NCBI RefSeq assembly: GCF_000015225.1
Contig: NC_008698.1
Span: forward strand, 1,500,001 to 1,532,000
DNA: 32,000 nucleotides
Direction of reading: 5' to 3'
Source: Thermofilum pendens Hrk 5
GTDB taxonomy: Archaea > Thermoproteota > Thermoprotei > Thermofilales > Thermofilaceae
Position 1 is the stretch's first letter. Every line of letters starts with the position of its first letter. This document shows positions 17,367 to 24,546 of this stretch, one piece after another. A program made the translations under genes and the position numbers. The notes beneath the pieces were generated by a model. That model saw only the letters and a program-made list of their open reading frames with translations. It was not told the DNA's origin and did no database searches.

Positions 17367-18652
17367 GCGAGTACTGGAGCCCTAAGCCCCTTTACAGGAG
17401 CGTCGTACTGATACTCGACGGGCTGGGGGACAGGCCAGTCCCAGAGCTGGGAGGTAGAACGCCGCTACAGGTTGCGAGGAAGCCCACCCTCGACTCCCTA
17501 GCGGCCGAGGGCGTTACGGGGATAATGGACGTCATAGAGCCGGGGGTCCGCCCCGGGACTGACACGGGGCACATGGCCCTCTTCGGCTACGACCCCTACA
17601 GGTTCTACCCCGGAAGGGGGCCGCTCGAGGCGGCCGGGATAGGCGTAGAGCTTAAGCCCGGCGACGTAGCTTTGCGCGCTAACTTCGCAACTGTGAGAGA
17701 GGAGGGCGGTAGGCTTATCGTCGTCGACAGGCGGGCGGGCAGGATAAGGGGCGAGGACGCAGAGGCTCTCACGAGGTACCTCAACGAGAGGATAGGCTCC
17801 GTGGACGACGTAAGGGTCTCTTTCCACCACGCGACCGCGCATAGGCTCGTCGTCGTGCTCAGGGGGGACTCCCTCTCGCCGCGTGTCAGCGACTCAGACC
17901 CCGGAACCGCCAGGGAGGGGGAGCCGGTGAGGGAGGTTAAACCGCTGACGAACGACCCGGAGTCCGAGAGGACTGCGCGCATCCTCTGGAAGCTACTGCT
18001 GAGAGCGCACGAAGAGCTGGAGCGCTGCCCGGTAAACGAGGAGAGAGTCAAGAGAGGGTTGCTACCGGCTAACGCCGTGCTGACGAGGGGGGCGGGCATG
18101 GTACCCTACGGGATAGTACCGTTCCGTGAACAGTTCGGGGCAACGGCGTACCTAGTCGCGGAGGAGGCAACGGTGCTGGGAGTAGCGAGGATACTCGGCA
18201 TAGAGGGGGAGATACCCGGTGGGTCAACGGCAGACCTCGACACCGATCTCGACGCGATCTTCAACCGGGCGCTCGACGCGTATAGGAGGGGCTACGAGTT
18301 CGTCTTCATACACGTGAAGGGTACGGACATCGCTGGGCACGACGCTAAGCCCCTGGAAAAGGCCCGCTTCATCGAGCGCGTAGACGAGGCGTTCGCAGGC
18401 TTCCTCTCGAGGATAGACCGCGGAAAGACGATAGTGGCCGTAACCGCCGACCACTCGACCCCCTGCACGGTGAGGGACCACAGCGGGGACCCCGTACCCC
18501 TCCTGATAAACGGCCCCGGCGTGCGTAGAGACGACGTTACGAGCTTCGATGAAATCTCCTGCGCGAGAGGCGGCTTGGGGAGAATTAGGGGAGTAAACCT
18601 CGTAAGGATACTCCTAGACCTGATGAACAAGCCAATAATGTTCGGCGAGTAG
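17363..18652 (+). CDS. apgM: 2,3-bisphosphoglycerate-independent phosphoglycerate mutase, archaeal type
   Basis: Diagnostic ApgM N-terminus (LILDGLGDRP...TPLQVARKPTLDSLAAEG..G.MD....G..PGTDTGHMALFGYDP) and C-terminal metal-site block (VAVTADHSTPC...HSGDPVP). The start overlaps the upstream stop in an ATGA junction. Confidence 0.92.
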   Translation: MSEYWSPKPLYRSVVLILDGLGDRPVPELGGRTPLQVARKPTLDSLAAEGVTGIMDVIEPGVRPGTDTGHMALFGYDPYRFYPGRGPLEAAGIGVELKPGDVALRANFATVREEGGRLIVVDRRAGRIRGEDAEALTRYLNERIGSVDDVRVSFHHATAHRLVVVLRGDSLSPRVSDSDPGTAREGEPVREVKPLTNDPESERTARILWKLLLRAHEELERCPVNEERVKRGLLPANAVLTRGAGMVPYGIVPFREQFGATAYLVAEEATVLGVARILGIEGEIPGGSTADLDTDLDAIFNRALDAYRRGYEFVFIHVKGTDIAGHDAKPLEKARFIERVDEAFAGFLSRIDRGKTIVAVTADHSTPCTVRDHSGDPVPLLINGPGVRRDDVTSFDEISCARGGLGRIRGVNLVRILLDLMNKPIMFGE

Positions 18653-18744
18653 CCCGGGAAGCCCCTAAAAAACAGGCCTTTCTCCTCTTCAAAGCATAGT
18701 AATTCCTCGGATAGGAGCTCCCAGAGACGCGCTCGCAACAAATT

Positions 18745-19170
18745 TTAGGAGCCTCCGGTAGGCTCAGCTAAGCAGGATAACCCTCTCGGGCCGTCCAGCA
18801 CAAGCGTTAGGGAGTTCAACAGCTCTCTACCCACGAGCCTCTTCCCTAGACCGTAAACCGGTGTCTCTACGAGCACCTCGCGCTTCTCGCCGCCTATAAC
18901 CGCCACTGCGCGCGCCGCCCTCATAGGCAAGGGCCCCGCCAGGGTTCTATGGGTCCTCCACGCCTCCCGCGGTAACTCGCCTACCGCGAAGAACTCGTAG
19001 GTCTCCCTGTCTAGAAGCAAGGAGCCCTCGAAGCCCGTGTCGACGGGCAACTCTAGCTCGAGCTCTTCGCCCAGGAGGTTGATCAGCTTAAGCCTGACCT
19101 GCGGGTATCCATAGACCCTGCCGCGCCCGTACTCCCAGCAACCTACAGGAACGTAGACCCTCCCCACCAT
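18745..19170 (-). CDS. Retropepsin-like (clan AA) aspartic protease, archaeal AF_0612-like family
   Basis: Single DTG active-site motif in context (LELPVDTGFEGSLLLD) and a C-terminal LVGRELLNSLTLVLDG block typical of single-domain retropepsin-like proteins. The ATG overlaps the upstream gene by 28 nt. Confidence 0.65.
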   Translation of the reverse strand: MVGRVYVPVGCWEYGRGRVYGYPQVRLKLINLLGEELELELPVDTGFEGSLLLDRETYEFFAVGELPREAWRTHRTLAGPLPMRAARAVAVIGGEKREVLVETPVYGLGKRLVGRELLNSLTLVLDGPRGLSCLAEPTGGS

Positions 19171-19511
19171 TCCAGCTCGCCTCCCTTGTCCTCGCCGACC
19201 TTCACTACCACCGCGTGCTTAGGCCTGATGCCTTTAAGGGCGGCTATCACTTCGTCCAGCGTGGCGTAGACGCCTACCAGGCGGGCGTGCGCGAAGACCG
19301 CGTACATGCCGCGGTGCTCCTTGAGGAGCCTCTCCTTTTCCCTAGCGTAGGCCTCGTTGTTAGCGTCGGCCTCCGTTAGGAGGAGCCTGGAGGAGAGCCA
19401 GAGGTCCATTGCTTCCTCGATTGCCTGGGAGAGGGTTAGCCCCCTCCTTATAGCTTCAGCCTTGAACTCTCTGAGCTTCCTCTCATCCACCTTCTTTACA
19501 ACCAGGGTCAT
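19143..19511 (-). CDS. Ribbon-helix-helix DNA-binding domain fused to a DUF5678-like C-terminal domain
   Basis: The N-terminus MTLVVKKVDERKLREFKAEAIRRGLTLSQAIEEAMDLWL fits a strand-helix-helix (Arc/MetJ/antitoxin-like) fold. The C-terminus (HRGMYAVFAHARLVGVYATLDEVIAALKG...AVVVKVG) resembles DUF5678. ATG 19511 is preferred. The track's GTG 19529 adds 6 residues. Confidence 0.55.
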   Translation of the reverse strand: MTLVVKKVDERKLREFKAEAIRRGLTLSQAIEEAMDLWLSSRLLLTEADANNEAYAREKERLLKEHRGMYAVFAHARLVGVYATLDEVIAALKGIRPKHAVVVKVGEDKGGELEWWGGSTFL

Positions 19512-19643
19512 CGAGTTAACCTTGTTCACCCAGGTAATGAGCTTAACGCGTAGCTCCCGCTTAGCCGCGCCGCGGGAGACAGCGAAGCGCGCAGTACAAG
19601 CGAATCCTTACGTACTCATTATGTTAGATTTTCGAACCAAACG

Positions 19644-19651
19644 TTTAAATA
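19644..19651 (+). promoter_or_regulatory. TATA box (TTTAAATA) of the peroxiredoxin gene
   Basis: Its centre lies about 33 nt upstream of ATG 19681. The surrounding intergenic region is AT-rich. Confidence 0.6.
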
Positions 19652-19680
19652 TTTCAATGTAATTTGGTCGTCGATAAAAC

Positions 19681-20346
19681 ATGTCTGAGATAAGGATGCC
19701 CTTACTGGGCGAAAAGGCCCCGTCCTTCACCGCTAAGACTACCCACGGAGTCATAAATTTCCCCGACGACTTTAGGGGTAAGTGGGTAGTGCTGTTCAGC
19801 CACCCCGCCGACTTCACCCCTGTATGCACCACTGAGTTCGTCTCCTTCCAGAAGAAGATGGAAGAGTTCAAGAAGCTCAACGTACAGCTGATAGGGCTAA
19901 GCATAGACCAGGTCTTCAGCCACATCAAGTGGGTTGAGTGGATAAAGGAGAAGCTCGGAGTGGAGATAGAGTTCCCGATAATCGCCGACGATACTGGGGA
20001 GATAGCGAAGAAGTACGGAATGATACACCCCGGCAAGGGGACGAACACAGTTCGAGCAGTCTTCGTGATAGACCCCAACGGAGTTCTAAGGGCTGTGCTC
20101 TACTACCCGCAGGAAGTCGGCAGGAACATGGACGAGATACTCCGGCTAGTCAAAGCCCTCCAGGTTTCAGACAAGCACGGCGTAGCACTGCCTGCGAACT
20201 GGCCTAACAACGAGCTCATAGGCGGCAAGGTGATCATACCGCCCGCCAGCGACGAGAAGACAGCGAAGGAGAGGCTCGAGAAAGCCGCCAGGAAGGAGAT
20301 CGAGTGCTTCGACTGGTGGTTCTGCTACAAATCCCTAGAGAAGTAG
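19681..20346 (+). CDS. Peroxiredoxin (Prx6/archaeal thioredoxin-peroxidase type)
   Basis: Active site [14 protein letters not shown] and C-terminal CFDWWFC motif, as in Pyrococcus/Aeropyrum peroxiredoxins. Strong TATA upstream and a T-rich tract downstream. Confidence 0.95.
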   Translation: MSEIRMPLLGEKAPSFTAKTTHGVINFPDDFRGKWVVLFSHPADFTPVCTTEFVSFQKKMEEFKKLNVQLIGLSIDQVFSHIKWVEWIKEKLGVEIEFPIIADDTGEIAKKYGMIHPGKGTNTVRAVFVIDPNGVLRAVLYYPQEVGRNMDEILRLVKALQVSDKHGVALPANWPNNELIGGKVIIPPASDEKTAKERLEKAARKEIECFDWWFCYKSLEK

Positions 20347-20350
20347 TCTA

Positions 20351-20370
20351 GTTATTTTTTGTTTTTACTT
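20351..20370 (+). terminator. Oligo-T termination tract after the peroxiredoxin gene
   Basis: The sequence gttattttttgtttttactt starts 5 nt after the stop codon. Archaeal RNAP terminates on oligo-T runs. Confidence 0.55.
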
Positions 20371-20392
20371 TCGGTGTTTCAACCGCACTAGG

Positions 20393-20399
20393 TTAATAT
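20393..20399 (+). promoter_or_regulatory. TATA-like box (TTAATAT) of the nurA-herA-mre11-rad50 operon
   Basis: Its centre lies 27 nt upstream of GTG 20423, consistent with a leaderless transcript. Confidence 0.5.
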
Positions 20400-20422
20400 C
20401 GGTTCTGCGCGTAGCTTTTTCT

Positions 20423-21724
20423 GTGCCTAGGTTCGCCGACTTGTTCGTTAGGGAGGTTCGGAGAAAGCGCTCGGAGCTCGAGAGGATTCTGGGAAGCGAG
20501 GGAGGGTTAAGGGAGCGCTACGGGGAGCTGGTAAGGGAGGCGTGGATCCGGGACCTTGAGCCTAGGGGTGCGCGGGGGCCGGCTTACGCCGTGGACAGTA
20601 GTAGCGATGACATCGAAGTGCAGGGCGGCGGCGTCGTCCTGGTTACGCGGTCGTTGGCGCTAAGCGCTGGCGGGGAGGAGATACGCGAGCTACGCTTGGA
20701 CGCCTTCTACCCGAGGAACGTGCGGGACTACGACGACTTTAAGCGGCTCGTAAGGGAGCACGTCGAGCACGTCGTCGCCCTGCGGGCAGTGGAGGAGGGG
20801 GCGCGGCTTGTGCTGATAGATGGGTCGCTGTACGGGAGGATGATCCACGTCTTAAGGGAGCTGGAGGTCGAGGGGAGGGAGGACTTCATGTTCGAGTACG
20901 TCGAGCTCTACTCCGAGCTTTTCTCCAAGGCGCGGAGCCGCGGCGCGCTCGTGGTTGGCGTAAGCAAGGATTCCAGGTCTACCGTCCTGAAGGAGGAGTT
21001 GCTCTACCTGAGGCTCAAGTCGGTCTTGAAGGGGCTTGGCGAGCCGCTCGCAGGCGCCGTGCTCGGCTACTGGAGGCTCCTCAAGAGGAGGCCCAGGGAG
21101 GCCCTCGAGAACGTTAGGAAGCTGGTAAGAGAAGGGTTGAGCCCGGAGGTCTACGAGCTCTTCGAGGAGGCGACGAGCTCCGTGCCAGACTCCAAGGTGA
21201 TACTCGCCTGTGACCCAGGTAGGGGCTTCTCCCGCCCTTTGAGGCTTAGCCTCGAAAAGGTGTCTACGGGCGTGACAGACATCCTGTTGACGGACGGGGC
21301 CCGCGGGGCCGCGTTGCTCAGGGACGTCTTCGAGAAAACTGCGGAGCGCCTCGGCGAGGAGTTCGACGAGAGGGCTTCGCAGGTTCTTGAGTGCATGAAG
21401 AAGTACCCGCCGGTGGTCACCAGCTACGCCGTCTTTAGCCGCGGCGACGACCCTCTCCGCGTCGACTTAGCGGGCGGGAGCGGCTACGAGACCGCAGGCG
21501 ACTCGCGCTTCCTCGCCGAGACTCCGGGGGAGTTGCTGGAGGTACTGGGCTTCCTCGCGTTGCTCTACGCGGGTAGGAGGAGGTACAACGCCCTGCTACT
21601 CGAGGCAGACAGGAGGGTGAAGGCGACGGCCGAGACAATGGAGCTCTACCACAGGCTCGCGATGCAGGAGCTTGGGCTCGCCATCATACACTCGAGGGGT
21701 GATAGGCGTGTATTCTTCCCTTAG
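20423..21724 (+). CDS. nurA: NurA 5'-3' nuclease
   Basis: NurA catalytic blocks are present: AYAVDSSS, LVLIDGSLYGR, VVGVSKDSRS and LLLEADRRVK. The GTG start is predicted to be leaderless, 24-30 nt after TTAATAT. Confidence 0.85.
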   Translation: MPRFADLFVREVRRKRSELERILGSEGGLRERYGELVREAWIRDLEPRGARGPAYAVDSSSDDIEVQGGGVVLVTRSLALSAGGEEIRELRLDAFYPRNVRDYDDFKRLVREHVEHVVALRAVEEGARLVLIDGSLYGRMIHVLRELEVEGREDFMFEYVELYSELFSKARSRGALVVGVSKDSRSTVLKEELLYLRLKSVLKGLGEPLAGAVLGYWRLLKRRPREALENVRKLVREGLSPEVYELFEEATSSVPDSKVILACDPGRGFSRPLRLSLEKVSTGVTDILLTDGARGAALLRDVFEKTAERLGEEFDERASQVLECMKKYPPVVTSYAVFSRGDDPLRVDLAGGSGYETAGDSRFLAETPGELLEVLGFLALLYAGRRRYNALLLEADRRVKATAETMELYHRLAMQELGLAIIHSRGDRRVFFP

Positions 21725-23303
21725 GCAGGTCGGCAGGATAGTCGAGGAGGCTACTCCGGAGAGCTTCATCTTCGTCACGACGAAGCAGGACCACCCGCCG
21801 AAGTACGAGTACGTGCTGGTTAAGTCGAGGGAGGTGGTCGCCGGCGAGGAGAGGGAGGTGGACGTCCTCTGCCAGGTGACCGGCGTGGTTTCCAGGAGCG
21901 ACGCGTACAGCAGTAGGCTAGACCTGGAGAGCCTAGAGCGGATACACGAGGCTGGGATAGACGACGCCAACCTTCTCTGCGCGGCGCGGACCCTCGGCTA
22001 CCTCGCCGAGGAGGACGGGAGGAAGGTGGTCCTGATGCCCAGGAGGGCTTTCTTCCCGGGAAACCCGGTCTACCTGGCCCCGGACGACTTCGTCAGGGAG
22101 TTTTTCTCGTACCCCGGGGAGGAAGGTATACGCATAGGTAGCCTCGTCTCCCGCAGGAACGTCGACGTCTACCTCTCGGTGAACGGGTTCAGGAGGCACG
22201 TCGCCGTTATAGCCCAGACCGGCGCGGGCAAATCGTACACCGTCGGCGTCATACTGGAGGAGTTGCTGAGGCTGGGAGCCACGGCGGTAGTCATAGACCC
22301 GCACGCGGACTACGTGTTCCTGAGCAGGGACAGGGACATGAGGCGCCACGAGTACTCGGACAGGGTCCTCGTCTTCAGGAACCCGAACAGCACTGGGCGC
22401 TACGACCCGAGCCAGATGGACAACGTGCACGAGCTGACGGTGAAGTTCTCCGATCTCTCGGCGGAGGACGTGGCGAGGATAGCCGGGATTCCGGAGAAGT
22501 GGACGAACGTAAGGAAGGCTATCCGCGACGCCCTCGACAAGCTCAGGGGGAGGGACTACACGATTGACGACCTGCTCGGCGAGCTGGAGAAGATGTCGCG
22601 GGGAGGCGGCAAGGAGGCTGCCTACGCGTCGAGCGCGTACAACCACCTCGTGAAGCTGAGGAAGTTCAGCGTGTTCGGCAGGTACACCACGTCCGTCAAG
22701 GACGAGATCCTGAAGCCGGGGCACGTGAGCGTGCTGGATCTGTCCGGGCTTAACGACGCGAGCCAGGACTACATAGTGAGCACCGTGCTAGAGGAGATAT
22801 ACAGGCTGAGGTACTCGGGGGAGTTCAGGTACCCCGTCTTCGTGGTGGTAGAGGAGGCTCATAGGTTCGTCCCATCCAAGGCCTCGAAGAGGTCCACCAT
22901 GTCCTCCGAGATCATAAACACGATAGCGGCGGAGGGCAGGAAGTTCGGCGTGTTCCTGATCCTTGTGACCCAGAGGCCGAGCAAGATAGACGCGGACGCC
23001 CTGAGCCAGTGCAACAGCCAGATAATACTGAGGATCACTAACCCGAGCGACCAGAGGGCTGTCGCCGAGGCTAGCGAGAGGCTGGGGGAGGACCTCATGA
23101 GGGACCTACCTGGGCTCAACGTCGGCGAGGCCATAATAGTTGGGGAGCTGACCCGGGTACCCGTCGTGGTGAAGGTGAGGCGCAGGTTTACGCGGGAGGG
23201 GGGCGCCGACATAGACCTCGTCGCAGAGCTCCGGAGAGCCCGCGAGGAGCTCAGCCTCGCGTCAAGGACATATAGGGGCGAGGACCTACTATCCGAGGTG
23301 TAG
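21708..23303 (+). CDS. herA: HerA hexameric DNA translocase/helicase (FtsK-HerA superfamily)
   Basis: Walker A is AQTGAGKSYT and Walker B is VFVVVEEAHRFVP. A downstream arginine-finger region (LILVTQRPSKID) and an N-terminal HAS-barrel-like region are also present. GTG 21708 lies 5 nt after GGGGTGA and overlaps the nurA end by 17 nt. The track start 21672 is further upstream. Confidence 0.9.
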   Translation: MYSSLRQVGRIVEEATPESFIFVTTKQDHPPKYEYVLVKSREVVAGEEREVDVLCQVTGVVSRSDAYSSRLDLESLERIHEAGIDDANLLCAARTLGYLAEEDGRKVVLMPRRAFFPGNPVYLAPDDFVREFFSYPGEEGIRIGSLVSRRNVDVYLSVNGFRRHVAVIAQTGAGKSYTVGVILEELLRLGATAVVIDPHADYVFLSRDRDMRRHEYSDRVLVFRNPNSTGRYDPSQMDNVHELTVKFSDLSAEDVARIAGIPEKWTNVRKAIRDALDKLRGRDYTIDDLLGELEKMSRGGGKEAAYASSAYNHLVKLRKFSVFGRYTTSVKDEILKPGHVSVLDLSGLNDASQDYIVSTVLEEIYRLRYSGEFRYPVFVVVEEAHRFVPSKASKRSTMSSEIINTIAAEGRKFGVFLILVTQRPSKIDADALSQCNSQIILRITNPSDQRAVAEASERLGEDLMRDLPGLNVGEAIIVGELTRVPVVVKVRRRFTREGGADIDLVAELRRAREELSLASRTYRGEDLLSEV

Positions 23304-23305
23304 GC
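23280..23305 (+). repeat. Copy A of a 26-nt imperfect direct repeat (herA 3' end, encodes GEDLLSEV-stop)
   Basis: GAGGACCTACTATCCGAGGTGTAGGC matches 21 of 26 positions with 23344-23369. Confidence 0.7.
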
Positions 23306-23343
23306 TCGATGGCTGTCGAAGGCAGCTTTGCCGCAGGGTTTAT

Positions 23344-23369
23344 GAGAACCTGTTCTCCGAGGTGTAAGC
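23344..23369 (+). repeat. Copy B of the 26-nt imperfect direct repeat, immediately upstream of the mre11 GTG
   Basis: The sequence is GAGAACCTGTTCTCCGAGGTGTAAGC, offset 64 nt from copy A. It would encode (Y)ENLFSEV-stop in the mre11 frame. Confidence 0.7.
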
Positions 23370-23370
23370 C

Positions 23371-24546
23371 GTGGAGGTTCTGCGCATAGTCCATACAGCC
23401 GACAACCACCTCGACCCCAAGTTCACCTTCCTCGGGCCCAAGGTGCGGGATAGGAGGGAGGACTTCCTCAACGCCTTCAGGAGGGTTGTAGACTTCGCCG
23501 TCGAGGCGAAGCCGCACCTCTTCCTCGTCTCGGGGGACCTCTTCGACTCCGTTAACCCGAGAAACCCCGTCAGGGTCCAGGTCATAAGGGCGTTCCGGAG
23601 GCTTTACTCGGAGGGGGTAAGGGTCTACGTGATAGCGGGGAACCACGACATGCCCAGGAGCCTGGAGGAGGGGCTCTCGCCGCTCAAGGAGGTGGAGGCG
23701 TCGGGCTACGCGAGGTTCTTCGAGAAGACCTCGGAGTTCGAGGTCGACCACTTCGAGGTGAACGGGTTCGACGTCGCGGTCGCCGGGATATCCTACAACC
23801 CGGAGGTCGGGCTGGACGAGCACCCGCTGAGGAAGTACAACGCGAGGGTACCCCGGGAAGGCGACATAGAGGTAGTCCTAATGCACTACAACTTCGCTGG
23901 GGTAGAAGTGCCGGGCGCCTGGAGGGCCCCGAGGATAACCCGGGAGGACATACCGGACAACTGCGTCTACGCCGCGCTAGGGCACGTGCACTCCCGGGTA
24001 ACGATACCCCTCGGCAACGGCGGTGTGGCGGCGTACCCCGGTAGCACGGAGAGGAGGAGCTTCATCGAGGAAGGGGACGGGGCGAAGGGCTTCCTCTACG
24101 TGAAGGTCCACGGCGACGGGCGCGTCGAGACAGAGTTCAAGGAGGTGCCCACGAGGCCTATCAAAACCGTCAGGGTCCAGGTGCCGCCCTCGGCGGAGGA
24201 CCCCGTGGGGTACGTGTTGTCGAGCCTCCCACCGCCGGACCCGAGGCTCCTCCTAAGGGTGCTCGTGGAGGGCTCGATACCCCTCGCCAGGCTCACGAGG
24301 TACAGCAGGGCCGAGCTCCTGAAGAACGCCGAGAAGAGGTTCTTCCACGTGGTTGTGGAGGACTCCGAGCTGAGGTGCGCCTACGCCGAGAAACCTTCCG
24401 TAGCGGTTGAGTCCAAGAGCCCCATAGAGGCCTTCAGGGAGGAGGTGGAGGGGAGGCTTAGAGAGGCCCCGGAGGAAGACAGGATTATCCTGCTGAAAGC
24501 CTTGGAGCGGGGCGTCAAAGCCCTGGAGGAGAGCGGGGCATGGTGA
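23371..24546 (+). CDS. mre11: Mre11 nuclease
   Basis: All phosphoesterase motifs are present: HTADNHLD, VSGDLFD, GNHD, LMHYN and LGHVH. The C-terminal helices are consistent with a Rad50-binding domain. GTG start. Confidence 0.93.
   Translation: MEVLRIVHTADNHLDPKFTFLGPKVRDRREDFLNAFRRVVDFAVEAKPHLFLVSGDLFDSVNPRNPVRVQVIRAFRRLYSEGVRVYVIAGNHDMPRSLEEGLSPLKEVEASGYARFFEKTSEFEVDHFEVNGFDVAVAGISYNPEVGLDEHPLRKYNARVPREGDIEVVLMHYNFAGVEVPGAWRAPRITREDIPDNCVYAALGHVHSRVTIPLGNGGVAAYPGSTERRSFIEEGDGAKGFLYVKVHGDGRVETEFKEVPTRPIKTVRVQVPPSAEDPVGYVLSSLPPPDPRLLLRVLVEGSIPLARLTRYSRAELLKNAEKRFFHVVVEDSELRCAYAEKPSVAVESKSPIEAFREEVEGRLREAPEEDRIILLKALERGVKALEESGAW

Noticed and set aside
23309-23389. 26-codon ORF in the herA-mre11 gap (MAVEGSFAAGFMRTCSPRCKPWRFCA) with three cysteines. 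This was tempting because Rad50 lacks its CxxC.
   Set aside because: It is very short, overlaps the mre11 start in another frame, and has a CxxxC rather than CxxC spacing. There is no supporting signal, so a link to hook function would be pure speculation.
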